A stretch of 64,000 bases of DNA from contig CAWBFZ010000001.1 of assembly GCA_963788175.1 (NCBI GenBank), forward strand, positions 323,880-387,879, in the 5' to 3' direction. The translations under genes and the position numbers were made by a program. This document shows, in pieces, positions 47,968 to 57,964 of the stretch; the first letter of the stretch is position 1; every line of letters starts with the position of its first letter. A model generated the notes under the pieces. That model saw only the letters and a program-made list of their open reading frames with translations, was not told the DNA's origin and searched no databases. The stretch comes from Thermoanaerobaculia bacterium (lineage in GTDB: Bacteria; Acidobacteriota; Thermoanaerobaculia; Multivoradales; JAGPDF01).

Positions 47968-49382
47968 CCGGGCTTCCGGGGCCCGGAATTGGCGCGCCGC
48001 AGATAGACGTAGGCCGGCAGGCCGAGCGCCACGAGCCCGAGTCCGAGCAGCGACTCGACCGGGCGCTCGGCCACCGTGTTGACCAGCAGCACGGCCATCG
48101 CGCCGAGGAAGGCGATCGGTACCCACGGATAACCCCAGACCCGGTAGGGGCGGGGAGCGTCGGGCCGCCGGCGACGCAGCACGAAGACCGCAGCTCCGGC
48201 GAGCACGTGGAAGAGCACGGTGACCAGCACGGCGTAGGTGTAGAGCTGGCTGTAGCTGCCGGAGAGGGTCAGCAGCACCGCCCAGAGGCTCTGCGCCCAG
48301 AGGCTGCGCGCTGGGACGTGGCTGACCGGGTCGATATGCGCCAGCGAGCGGAAGAAGAGTCCGTCCTCGGCCATCGGATGGTAGATCCGCGAGCTGTAGA
48401 GAATCGTCGCCGCGAGGCAGCCGAAGGTCGAGATGACAACCGCCGCCGCCAGCCACTGGCCGGCGGCCGGGCCGAGGAGAATCGCCGCCGCCGCCTCGCC
48501 GATGCGCGACTCGCCGGCTATCTGGGCGACCGGCATCGCCCGCAGATAGACGAAGTTGATCAGGATGTAGAGGCCGGTGATGATCGCCGTGCCGCCGATC
48601 AGGCCGAGCGGGAGCGAGCGCCCGGGGTTCTTCATCTCGCCGGCGGAGAAGGTCAGACCGTACCAGCCGTCGTAGGTCCACAGCGCGGCGATCATGGCGA
48701 CGCCAAAGGCGGCGAGCAGCCCGCTTGCAGGCAGCGGGGCGGTGAGCCCGAGCACGCTCTTGGCGGGCACGAGATAGCCGAGGAGGGCCACGCCGACGAT
48801 GGCGCCCATCTTGATCACGGTCATGACGTTCTGGACCGCCGCCCCCTGTTTCAGGCCGAAGTGGTTCACCGCCGTGAGCACCAGGATCGCCGCCGCGCCG
48901 ACGATCTGCACGCCGGTCAAGTTCCAGGTCCAGCCGCCGATCGTCTGCGTCGCCAGCACGTTGGCGGTGGAGGAGAAGGGGAAGAACGCGCCGAGGTATT
49001 CGCCGAAGCCGACGGCGATCGCCGCGATGCCGCCCGACATCATCACCAGGAAGCAGGCCCAGCCGTAGAGAAAGCCGGGCAGCGGGCCGTAGGCCTCCTT
49101 GAGAAAGAGATAGATCCCACCGGCGCGCGGGAACATCGCGCCGAGCTCGGCGTAGGTCAGCGCCCCGGCGAGCGACAGGAGCCCGCCGGCGAGCCAGACC
49201 GCGAGGAGCATGCCGCCATGCGGCAGGACCTTGGCGATGTCGGAGGAGACGAGGAAGATGCCGGTGCCGATGACGCTGCCGACGGTGAGGAGGACTCCGT
49301 CCCAGACACCCAGTCCGCGCACCAGCTCGGCGCGAGGTTGAGCACCCGGGCCGGTGCGCGGTGCGACCGTTTTTTCGGACAT
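47964..49382 (-). CDS. APC-family amino acid permease
   Basis: 472 aa, 12 TM, with ..GVWDGVLLTVGSVIGTGIF.. and ..YAELGAMFPRAGGIY.. motifs. Confidence 0.9.
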   Translation of the reverse strand: MSEKTVAPRTGPGAQPRAELVRGLGVWDGVLLTVGSVIGTGIFLVSSDIAKVLPHGGMLLAVWLAGGLLSLAGALTYAELGAMFPRAGGIYLFLKEAYGPLPGFLYGWACFLVMMSGGIAAIAVGFGEYLGAFFPFSSTANVLATQTIGGWTWNLTGVQIVGAAAILVLTAVNHFGLKQGAAVQNVMTVIKMGAIVGVALLGYLVPAKSVLGLTAPLPASGLLAAFGVAMIAALWTYDGWYGLTFSAGEMKNPGRSLPLGLIGGTAIITGLYILINFVYLRAMPVAQIAGESRIGEAAAAILLGPAAGQWLAAAVVISTFGCLAATILYSSRIYHPMAEDGLFFRSLAHIDPVSHVPARSLWAQSLWAVLLTLSGSYSQLYTYAVLVTVLFHVLAGAAVFVLRRRRPDAPRPYRVWGYPWVPIAFLGAMAVLLVNTVAERPVESLLGLGLVALGLPAYVYLRRANSGPRKPG

Positions 49383-49444
49383 TGCGGCGCATCCTACACG
49401 CGCCGGGCCCGCGTTTCCCGCCTTGCGCTACACTTTGGAAAATC

Positions 49445-50656
49445 ATGTCCGACAACGACATTCTGCAGGCCATCGATTCCGCGATCGAACAGCTCGCGCC
49501 GGTTCAACTCGCCGCCGATCTCGTGCGGATTCCGAGTCACCCCGGCATCGAACGCCAGGAGGAGCGCGTCGTGATGGCGCTGGGGCGCTTCTTCGGCGAG
49601 CGCGACCTCAGCGTCCAGCTCGAGGAGATCCTGCCGGGCCGTCCAAACCTCCTGGTCAGCATCGCGGGCGATCGGCCCGGGCCGCACCTGCTGTTGTGCG
49701 GACACACCGACACCGTGCCGCTCAACTCCGGCGACCCTGGCGTCGGGCTCTCCGGCGAGATCCGTGAGGGGCGGCTCCTCGGCCGCGGTTCCGTCGACAT
49801 GAAGGGCGCGCTCGCGGCGATGGCGACTGCCGTCGTTGCGCTCTCGCGCCATCTGCCGGCGGGCCGGGTCTCGTTTGCCGCCGTGATCGACGAGGAGATG
49901 GAAAGTCTCGGCGCCGAGCAGCTGGTCGACACCAGTTTCCGGGCCGACGGTGCGGTGGTCGGTGAGCCGACCTCGAACCGCATCGCCCTCGGCCACAAGG
50001 GGCTCGAGTGGCTCGAGGTCCATTTCCAGGGGCGCTCGGCGCACGGCGGAATCCCCGACAAAGGGCTCAACGCGATCTCGGCGGCGGGGATGTTCCTGGC
50101 GATGGTCGAGAACGAGCTCAAGCCCCGCCTGCTGGCGCGACGGCACCCGATTCTCGGACCTCCGACGCTCAACTTCGGGACGATCCGCGGCGGCGATCAG
50201 CCGTCGACGGTGGCGGCGACCTGCCTGCTGACCCTCGATCGCCGCACCGTGCCGGGAGAGAACTTCCAGAGCATCGTCGCCGAGCTGACCGATCTGCTGG
50301 AGCGTGTCGAGCGCGGTTTTCCCGGCTTGCACACCGTCGTGCGCCGCGTGCAGGGCGGGATGGGTAACCTCCTGCACGTCGCGCTGGTCACGGCCCCCGA
50401 AGCGCCGCTCGCCATGGCCGCCCAGGTAGCCCGGCGGGAGGTCTGCGGCGAGGTCGGCGAGCTCACCACCTTCCCGGCCTGGACCGACGGCGCGCTGCTC
50501 TCGGGCTACGCTGGCATCCCGACCATCATCCTCGGTCCCGGCGAGCTGTCGCTGGCGCATTCGCCGCGCGAGTCGGTGGCGGTCGCCGAGATCAACGACG
50601 CCGCGCGCATCTACGCCCACCTGGCGCTCGCCTTCTGCGCCGGAGTGGGGATGTGA
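49445..50656 (+). CDS. M20 family metallopeptidase (ArgE/DapE/acetylornithine deacetylase-like)
   Basis: LLLCGHTDTVP, GRGSVDMKG and ..VIDEEMES.. motifs. Start at MSDNDILQ (49445). Confidence 0.85.
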   Translation: MSDNDILQAIDSAIEQLAPVQLAADLVRIPSHPGIERQEERVVMALGRFFGERDLSVQLEEILPGRPNLLVSIAGDRPGPHLLLCGHTDTVPLNSGDPGVGLSGEIREGRLLGRGSVDMKGALAAMATAVVALSRHLPAGRVSFAAVIDEEMESLGAEQLVDTSFRADGAVVGEPTSNRIALGHKGLEWLEVHFQGRSAHGGIPDKGLNAISAAGMFLAMVENELKPRLLARRHPILGPPTLNFGTIRGGDQPSTVAATCLLTLDRRTVPGENFQSIVAELTDLLERVERGFPGLHTVVRRVQGGMGNLLHVALVTAPEAPLAMAAQVARREVCGEVGELTTFPAWTDGALLSGYAGIPTIILGPGELSLAHSPRESVAVAEINDAARIYAHLALAFCAGVGM

Positions 50657-52007
50657 AGCTCAGGGTTCCACACACTTTCGTCCTGCTCTTCGCGCTCGTT
50701 GCACTGGCGGCGATCGCGACGCACTTTCTGCCGGCGGGGGAGTACCAACGCACTGAAGTCGAAGGGAGAAAGCTCGTCGATCCCGACTCGTACCGGCCGA
50801 TCGCCGCGCACCCTGCCGGTCTCGGCGACGTCTTTCTCGCCTGGCCGCGCGGCCTCGCCGCGACGGCTGCGATCGTCTTCTACATCTTCATCATCGGCGG
50901 GGCGTTCGGCGTCTTGCAGGCGACGGGCGCGCTCGACGCGCTGATCGCCGGTGTCGTCGCGGCGGCGCGCGGGCGCGGCGAGATCATCCTGCCGGCGCTC
51001 ATGTTCCTGTTCGCGGTCGGCGGTGGGACGATCGGCATGGCGGAGGAGACGCTGCCCTTCCTTCCCGGCCTCGTGCTGCTCGCGCGACGGCTCGGGTACG
51101 ACGAAGTGGTCGGGGGCGCCATCGCCCTGGTCGGTGCCGGGGCGGGATTCTCGGGCGCTTTCATGAACCCGTTCACGGTCGGCGTCGGCCAGGCAATCGC
51201 CGGGCTGCCGCTGTTCTCGGGGATGGGCTACCGGCTCATCGTCTGGTTCGTCCTGACGACGGTGACGATCGTTTACGTCTCCTGGTACGCACGGCGTCAT
51301 CGCGTCGCCCTCGTCCGGCGGCGCCCGCGGATCCGAATGCTCCCGCCGCGATCCGCCTGGGCGGCCGCCAGGCCGGCGTGCTGGTGATCCTGTTCGCGGC
51401 GTTCGTCCTGCTCGCGGTCGGCTGCCTGCGCTGGGAGTGGGGTCTGCTCGAGCTCTCCGGGCTGTTCATCGCCGTCGGGCTCCTCGGCGGTCTGGTCGGC
51501 GGACTCGGGGGCGACGGCACGGCTGAGGAGTTCCTGAAGGGCGCTGCGGCCTTCGCTGGTGCGGCGCTGGTGGTCGGTCTGGCGCGCGGCGTGCTGGTGA
51601 TCTTCGACGCGGCGCGGGTCACCGACGGCATCCTGCACGCCATGGCGGCGGCGGTGCGCGGACTGCCGGAGGGTGCGACAGTCGCCGGGATTTACGGCGT
51701 CCAGATCGTCCTGTCCTACATCGTGCCGTCGGGGAGCGGACAGGCGGCGCTTTCCTTGCCGATCCTGACGCCGCTCGCCGACTTGACCGGTGTCACCCGG
51801 CAGACCAGCGTGCTCGCTTATCAGTTCGGCGACGGCTTCTCCAACATCTTTACGCCGACCCAGGGCTATTTCATGGCCGGCCTGGCGCTCATCGGCGTCC
51901 CCTGGACCCGATGGGCGAAGTTCCTCTGGCCGCTGCAGGTGATCTGGCTCGTCCTCGGACTCCTCTTCCTGCTCATCGCCCAGGCGATGCGCTGGGGTCC
52001 CTTCTAG
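50653..52007 (+). pseudogene. YfcC-family (DcuC-like) membrane transporter, frame disruption (net +2) between 51295 and 51330
   Basis: Two ORFs (50653..51387 and 51378..52007) together give a ~450-aa polytopic protein with a YfcC-like sequence (..GGTIGMAEETLPF.., ..IVPSGSGQAALSLPIL..). The GTG start overlaps the M20 stop (GTGA). Confidence 0.75.
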
Positions 52008-52019
52008 GCGGAGCCGGGC

Positions 52020-53342
52020 ATGACCCATCGCTTTCCCGACAGCGCCGTTTTCTACCGCAAGCTGCGCCACGAGCTCCCCCTGGCGGTGCGCGCCGAGGGC
52101 TCGTGGATCGAGGACGAGGGTGGACGCCGCTGGCTGGACGCTTCGGGCGGCGCGGTCGTCGCCAACCTGGGGCACGGCGGGCCGCTCGCCGGCGAGATCG
52201 CCGACGCGGTGGCGGCCGAGATCCGCGGCCTCGGCTACATCAACGGCACGCAGTTCACGCAGCGCGCGGTCGAGGATCTGGCGCGCGAGCTGACCGCCCT
52301 CACTCCGGGCGATCTCGACTTCGCCTATTTCCTCGCCAGCGGTTCGGAGGCGGTCGAGGCGGCGGTGAAGCTGGCGCGCCAGGTCCAGGTCGAATCCGGC
52401 CGGCCGGAGAAGTGGAAAGTGATCTCGCGCGTCCCCTCGTACCACGGCAACACCTTGGCAGCGCTCGCGCTCTCGGGCCGCGAGCACTACCGGAGGATCT
52501 ACGGTCCGCTGCTCCTCGAGCTGCCGCGGATTCCGGCGCCCGATCTCTACCGCGACCCCCAAGGGCCCGGAGCGACCGGCGAGGCACTCGAGAGCGAGAT
52601 CCTGCGCCAGGGGCCCGGCTCCATCGCCGCCTTCATCGCCGAGCCGATCGGCGGCTCCTCTTCGGGGGCGACGGTGCCATCGCGCGCGTACTGGGAAGAA
52701 GTGTCGGCGATCTGCCGCCGGCACGACATCCTGCTGATCGCCGACGAGGTGCTCTGCGGCATGGGGCGGACCGGGCGCATGTTCGCCTGTGAGCACTTCG
52801 ATCTCGTGCCCGACATTCTCGTGCTCGGCAAGGGACTGAACGCCGGGGCGCTGCCACTGTCGGCGGTGGTGGCGCGACGCCCACTGGTCGAGTGCCTGGC
52901 GGCGGGCAGCGGCGCGTTCAATCACGCCCAGACCTACTCCCACCACCCAGCGCTGTGCGCCGCCGGGCTCGCCACCCTGCGCGCCCTGGTGCAGGAGCGC
53001 CTCGTCGAGCGTGTCGCCCGGCTCGAAGCGCCGTTCTTCGGCGCTCTCGAGCGTCTGCGCGCCCACCCGGCGGTCGGCGACATCCGCGGCCGGGGCTTCC
53101 TGGCCGCCGTCGAGTTCGTCGCCGACCGCCCGACGAAACGGCCGTTCGCACGCTCCGACCGCTTCGCCGAGCGCTTCACCGAGCGCGCGTTCGCGAACGG
53201 ACTCATCGTCTGGCCCAACGCCGGCAACGTCGACGGCACGACCGGCGATCTGGTCGTCCTGGCGCCGCCGTTCACCGCCACCGAGGACGAGCTCGAAGAG
53301 ATCGTTCGCCGGATGGACAGCGCCCTGAAGGAGATGACATGA
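52020..53342 (+). CDS. class-III (omega) aminotransferase, PLP-dependent
   Basis: 440 aa with ..SGSEAVEAAVKLAR.., ..LLIADEVLCGMGRTG.. and ..LVLGKGLNAG.. (Schiff-base Lys). Confidence 0.9.
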   Translation: MTHRFPDSAVFYRKLRHELPLAVRAEGSWIEDEGGRRWLDASGGAVVANLGHGGPLAGEIADAVAAEIRGLGYINGTQFTQRAVEDLARELTALTPGDLDFAYFLASGSEAVEAAVKLARQVQVESGRPEKWKVISRVPSYHGNTLAALALSGREHYRRIYGPLLLELPRIPAPDLYRDPQGPGATGEALESEILRQGPGSIAAFIAEPIGGSSSGATVPSRAYWEEVSAICRRHDILLIADEVLCGMGRTGRMFACEHFDLVPDILVLGKGLNAGALPLSAVVARRPLVECLAAGSGAFNHAQTYSHHPALCAAGLATLRALVQERLVERVARLEAPFFGALERLRAHPAVGDIRGRGFLAAVEFVADRPTKRPFARSDRFAERFTERAFANGLIVWPNAGNVDGTTGDLVVLAPPFTATEDELEEIVRRMDSALKEMT

Positions 53343-54913
53343 GCGAAGCCCGCCGCATCACCTACACCTCGACCGCCGCCGACCCGGAATTCCGGGTCAC
53401 CTTCGACCGCGAGCTGGCGCGTATCCGGCAGCGATTCCCGCTCGCCCTCGGCGGCAACGTCGGTGAAGGACCGGTCGAGGGCCTGCCGGAGCACCGTGTC
53501 GTGTCGCCGATCGACACCCGGCTGGGGATCGCCGAGGTTGCGATCGCGACGCCGGGAGAGGTCGGGTCGGCCGTCGGCTTCGCCCGCTCCGCCTTTCCGC
53601 GCTGGCGGGCGCTCTCCTGGGAGCGCCGCGTCGAGATCGTGCGCGATGCTGCGGAGCGCATCGCCGCGCGCAACCTCGAGCTCGCGGCCTGGATGGTCTA
53701 CGAGGTCGGCAAGACCCGCCTCGAGGCGATGGCGGAGGTGGAGGAGTCGGCCGACCTGTTGCGCTACTACGCCGAACGGCTGGAGTTCCATCGCGGCTAC
53801 CGGCGTCCGCTCGCCCGCATGAGCCCGGCGGAGACGACGGAGAGCATCCTGCTGCCCTACGGTGTCTGGGCGGTCGTCTCGCCGTTCAATTTCCCCTCGG
53901 CGCTCGCCGCCGGAATGATCGCCGGCGCTCTGCTGGGCGGGAACACGGTGGTCTTCAAGCCTGCCATCGACGCGCCGGTCACCGGCGAGCTCCTCTGCGA
54001 GGCGTTCTGGGCGGCAGGAGTGCCGCGCGACGCGTTGCAGCTCGTGCACGGTCCAGGCGCCACGATCGGCGCAGCTCTGCTCGCCGACGAGCGCATCGCC
54101 GGTGTGGCCTTCACCGGCTCGTCGGAGGTCGGCATGCGGATCGTGGGCACCGCGCTCGAAGGCAGTGACGGTCCGCGCCCGGTGGTGGTCGAGATGGGCG
54201 GCAAGAACGCCTGTCTGGTGACCGCCACGGCTGATCTCGACGCCGCCGCGGAGGGCGTCGTCCGGTCGGCCTTCGGCTTCGGCGGGCAGAAATGCAGCGC
54301 CTGTTCACGGGTCTACGTCGAGCGCTCGGTCGGCCGGGATTTTCTCGCGCGGCTGCTCGCCCGCACGCGCGCCCTGGCGGTGGGCGATCCGGCGAGCAGC
54401 GACCCGGCGCTCGGACCGGTAATCCGGGAGAGTGCGGTGGCGAGCTACCGCACCTACATCGAGGGCATCGTCGCGAGCGGTGGAGAGATCGCCTGCGGCG
54501 GGACCGTGCTCGACCAGGGAGCGCTCGCCCACGGCTTCTACGTCGCGCCGACGATTGCCCACCTGCCCGATGCCGATCATCCGTACTTTGCCGAGGAGAT
54601 GTTCCTGCCCATCCTGCTCTTTCAGGAGGTGGAGGACCTGGCCGAAGGGATCGCGCGCGCCAACGCCGTGCCCTACGGACTCACCGCCGGCCTCTTCACC
54701 ACCGACGAGCACGAGAAGCAGTATTTCCTCGAGCGCATCGAGGCCGGCGTGGTCTACGTCAACCGGCGCAGCGGCGCGACGACCGGCGCCTGGCCGGGGA
54801 TCAATCCGTTCGGGGGCTGGAAAGCGAGCGGAGCGCCCGGTCCCGCGGCGCTCGGCCCCGACTACCTGTTGAACTTCCTGCGCGAGCAGAGCCGCACGGT
54901 GAACGGCTTCTAG
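53339..54913 (+). CDS. aldehyde dehydrogenase family protein
   Basis: 524 aa with ..FTGSSEVG.., ..VVEMGGKNA.. and ..GFGGQKCSACSR.. motifs. The ATG overlaps the upstream stop (ATGA). Confidence 0.9.
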   Translation: MSEARRITYTSTAADPEFRVTFDRELARIRQRFPLALGGNVGEGPVEGLPEHRVVSPIDTRLGIAEVAIATPGEVGSAVGFARSAFPRWRALSWERRVEIVRDAAERIAARNLELAAWMVYEVGKTRLEAMAEVEESADLLRYYAERLEFHRGYRRPLARMSPAETTESILLPYGVWAVVSPFNFPSALAAGMIAGALLGGNTVVFKPAIDAPVTGELLCEAFWAAGVPRDALQLVHGPGATIGAALLADERIAGVAFTGSSEVGMRIVGTALEGSDGPRPVVVEMGGKNACLVTATADLDAAAEGVVRSAFGFGGQKCSACSRVYVERSVGRDFLARLLARTRALAVGDPASSDPALGPVIRESAVASYRTYIEGIVASGGEIACGGTVLDQGALAHGFYVAPTIAHLPDADHPYFAEEMFLPILLFQEVEDLAEGIARANAVPYGLTAGLFTTDEHEKQYFLERIEAGVVYVNRRSGATTGAWPGINPFGGWKASGAPGPAALGPDYLLNFLREQSRTVNGF

Positions 54914-54950
54914 CCGCTCCGAGCCTGCGCTTGCGGAGTCCGCTCTCCGC

Positions 54951-55229
54951 TCAGGGCTGGACGCCGGTGGCCATCGCTCCGGAGATGGCCCCGTAGAAGC
55001 TCAGCGCGCTGCCGATGCAGGCGACGACGAAGCACATCAGCCAACGCATGAACGGGGTCTTGCAGGCTACCCAGTTCTTGGCGATGTAGACGAAGATCGC
55101 GAATGGCAGCAGCAGGCTCGCGAGGCCCCAGCCGAGGCTGGTTTTGAACGCCAGGATCAGGATCTGGATGGCGAAGATCAACGCGCCGATGCCGCCCACG
55201 ACCGAGAGGATCATTCCGAGAGTACCCAT
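54951..55229 (-). CDS. small 3-TM membrane protein (hypothetical)
   Basis: 92 aa with GGAGGAG 7 nt upstream of the ATG at 55229. The longer 260-aa track ORF is run-through. Confidence 0.5.
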   Translation of the reverse strand: MGTLGMILSVVGGIGALIFAIQILILAFKTSLGWGLASLLLPFAIFVYIAKNWVACKTPFMRWLMCFVVACIGSALSFYGAISGAMATGVQP

Positions 55230-55527
55230 CTGTGCTCCTCCTTGATAAGAACCGGCCGCATCCCTTTCCAGGCGGGCGCGCCGAAGCACCCCTCCGGCGT
55301 CGTCCCTGTACCGAGTTGCGGCCTGCAGTTTCCGGCTTCTGGATGTAAGTACGTGAAGAGACGGAAAAGGGGGACAGCCCGGCCCGGCTTTACCGGACCG
55401 CCGTCCCCGGGCTAGAGTTGGAATTCCGGTAGCCCCTGCGCTACACCGTTCCGTGCCGATCCGCGGCCTGCCGCGATCGGCCCGACGGACCTCATCCACC
55501 TCACGCTTCGACCTTTCGCGAGAGACC

Positions 55528-56250
55528 ATGGGACGCATATTCGAGACCCGCAAGCATGTGATGTTCGCCCGCTGGGACAAGATGGCCAAGGCGTTCGCGC
55601 GCATCGGCAAGGAGATCGCCATCGCCGTCAAGGCCGGGGGGCCGAACCTCGAGTACAACCCCCTGCTGCGGCGGGTGCTGCAGAATGCCCGCGCCGTCAA
55701 CATGCCGAAGGACAAGGTCGAGTCGGCGATCAAGAAGGCCTCCGGCCAGGGCGCCGTCGACTACGCGGAGGTCCTCTACGAGGGCTACGCTCCGCACGGC
55801 GTCGCGGTGATGATCGAGACCGCGACCGATAACCCCTCGCGCACCGTCCCCAACCTGCGCACCCACTTCAACAAGGGCGGCGGCAACCTCGGCAACACCG
55901 GCAGCGTCGCCTTCCAGTTCAAGCGCGTGGGCGTCTTCCGCCTGCACCCCGAGAAGCTCGACCAGGAGTCGCTCGAGCTCGAGCTCATCGATCACGGCCT
56001 CGAAGAGATGGGGGAGTCGGTCTCGGACAAGGGCGAGCCGCAGCTGGTCATCCGCTGCGCTTTCAACGACTTCGGCCTGCTGCAGAAGGCGCTCGAAGAC
56101 CGCAAGATCACGCCGATCTCGGCCGAGTCGGAGTACATCCCGAACACCACCGTCGAGCTCGCCGAGAAGGAAGCCAACGAGGTCCTGAAGCTCGTCGACG
56201 TCCTCGAGCAGGACGACGACGTCCAGCGCGTCTTCCACAACCTCGCCTGA
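55528..56250 (+). CDS. YebC/PmpR family DNA-binding transcriptional regulator
   Basis: [32 protein letters not shown]...NPLLR..NMPKD.. is the characteristic YebC N-terminus. 240 aa. Confidence 0.9.
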   Translation: MGRIFETRKHVMFARWDKMAKAFARIGKEIAIAVKAGGPNLEYNPLLRRVLQNARAVNMPKDKVESAIKKASGQGAVDYAEVLYEGYAPHGVAVMIETATDNPSRTVPNLRTHFNKGGGNLGNTGSVAFQFKRVGVFRLHPEKLDQESLELELIDHGLEEMGESVSDKGEPQLVIRCAFNDFGLLQKALEDRKITPISAESEYIPNTTVELAEKEANEVLKLVDVLEQDDDVQRVFHNLA

Positions 56251-56274
56251 GCCGCTGATCGCCGGCGAACTCGG

Positions 56275-57162
56275 CTATCGCCGAACGAGCTCCGGCAGCA
56301 GGTGGGGGCGCCAGAGCGCCTCGGCGACCTCCGGGCGGAAGAACCCGAAGTGGCCGATCCGGCGGAGGCCGAGGTCGGCGGGCGCGAAGCGCTTCATGGT
56401 GCGGGGCGCCCCGGTGAAGGAGCGGTGCAGCGACTCCGTATTGCGCTCGGACATGAAGTCGTCGTCGGTGAACGAAATCGAGACGATCGGCGTGGTGACG
56501 CCGGCGAAAAGCCGCCGGGCAAGCTCGCCCTCGACGCCGACCGCGTACTCGGGGTCCAGGCACCAGCGCCGCCATTGCGCCATCACCCCTTTCGGCAGGT
56601 CGCCCACCATCTTCAGACGCCTGCCGGGAAAGTAGCCGAAGAGCGCCAGCGCTGCCGGCACGACGCCGTACCACAGGAGTCCCGCGAAGCGGCGCAGGCG
56701 CGGCGAATTCTCCCGCCAGTAGCCGCTGCCGCTGGCGACAGTGATCATCCGGGCGACCGCGTCGCGGTTGGGGACGAAGGGCAGAAGCTGGCCGCCGAGG
56801 CTGTGTCCCAGCCAGAAGAGCGGCTGGCCCGGGGCCTCGCGGAGGGTGAGCCCGATCATCTCGGCGCAGTCTTCGCGCGCCCAGTCGAGAAGGCCGACGG
56901 CGAAACCGCGCAGGGATCGAAGGTGCTCGGGAGGGCGCGAAAGCCCCATGCCGCGATAGTCGAAGGTGAGGGCGAGGAAGCCCTCGCCGGCGAGCCATTT
57001 GGCGAGCGGCGCGTAGAAGGCCTGGGAGACGCCCATGGCCGGAACGAGGAGGACGGCGCCGCGGGATCCGCGGTGGTCGCGGAGGGGGCGGAAGAGCCGC
57101 GCCACGACGCTCTGTCCGGCGGCGACCTCTACCCTGCGTTGCTCGAACGCCTCCCGTTCCAT
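56275..57162 (-). CDS. alpha/beta hydrolase
   Basis: 295 aa from MEREAF, with nucleophile elbow GHSLGG and ..HFGFF.. near the C-terminus. Confidence 0.8.
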   Translation of the reverse strand: MEREAFEQRRVEVAAGQSVVARLFRPLRDHRGSRGAVLLVPAMGVSQAFYAPLAKWLAGEGFLALTFDYRGMGLSRPPEHLRSLRGFAVGLLDWAREDCAEMIGLTLREAPGQPLFWLGHSLGGQLLPFVPNRDAVARMITVASGSGYWRENSPRLRRFAGLLWYGVVPAALALFGYFPGRRLKMVGDLPKGVMAQWRRWCLDPEYAVGVEGELARRLFAGVTTPIVSISFTDDDFMSERNTESLHRSFTGAPRTMKRFAPADLGLRRIGHFGFFRPEVAEALWRPHLLPELVRR

Positions 57163-57223
57163 GGCAGACAGATTAGGCTGCCGGCCCTTCCGTCGCAAGG
57201 GCGAGCCGGTTAGAGTCCGCCGA

Positions 57224-57910
57224 ATGTTCCTCGGACACTTCGCAGTCGGGCTGGCGGCGAAACGCGCGACGCCAGCGCTCTCGCTGGGTCTGCTCTTCGC
57301 GGCGGCGCAGTTTGCCGATCTCCTCTGGCCGAATCTGGTCCTCGCCGGGGTGGAGAAGCTCGAGATTGCGCCGGGCGCCACGGCGGTGAATCCGCTGCGC
57401 TTCGTCTCTTACCCCTGGTCGCACAGCCTCGTGGCCCTCTTCGCCTGGGGCGTGCTGCTCGCGGCGCTGGTGGCGCTGGTGCGGCGCGGTCGCCGGATCG
57501 AGGCGGTGGCCCTGGTCACGGTCGTCGTCAGCCACTGGGTGCTCGACGTGGCCTCGCACCTTCCCGACATGCCGGTCACGTTGACCGGTGACACGCGCCT
57601 CGGGCTCGGCCTCTGGCGGTCGCTGCCGTGGACCCTCGCCGTCGAGCTGCTGTTGTTCGGCCTCGGCGCCGGGATCTACCTCCGGACGACGCGGGCGCGT
57701 GACCGGATCGGCTCGGCCGGATTGGGCGTTTTGCTCGCCCTCCTGGCGGCGGCCTACGGTGCCAGCCTGGTCGGGCCGCCGCCGCCCTCACCGCAGGTCG
57801 TCGCCTGGAGCGCCCAGGCGATGTGGCTCTTCGTCCTGTTCGGCTGGTGGGTCGACCGGCATCGCGCGCCCCGGGAGCCGCGCGAGCCGATGGCGGGGAG
57901 CGCGCGCTAA
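57224..57910 (+). CDS. conserved polytopic membrane protein (YdjM/DUF457-like, tentative)
   Basis: 228 aa from MFLGHFAVGLAAK, with 6 predicted TM helices and conserved-looking His/Asp positions (SHSL, SHWVLD). The family assignment is from memory only. Confidence 0.5.
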   Translation: MFLGHFAVGLAAKRATPALSLGLLFAAAQFADLLWPNLVLAGVEKLEIAPGATAVNPLRFVSYPWSHSLVALFAWGVLLAALVALVRRGRRIEAVALVTVVVSHWVLDVASHLPDMPVTLTGDTRLGLGLWRSLPWTLAVELLLFGLGAGIYLRTTRARDRIGSAGLGVLLALLAAAYGASLVGPPPPSPQVVAWSAQAMWLFVLFGWWVDRHRAPREPREPMAGSAR

Positions 57911-57964
57911 CGCCGGCGCCGGTGCTTCCCGGCGCGAACCTGCCGCCCGGCGATCGGGAGCAGA

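Noticed and set aside
55230-55527. Possible small RNA or riboswitch in the 300-nt gap upstream of the yebC-family gene
   Set aside because: Only an imperfect hairpin (GCCGATCCGCGG..CCGCGATCGGC near 55455-55485) is visible. I could not recognise any conserved riboswitch core, and the region is also a divergent promoter region.
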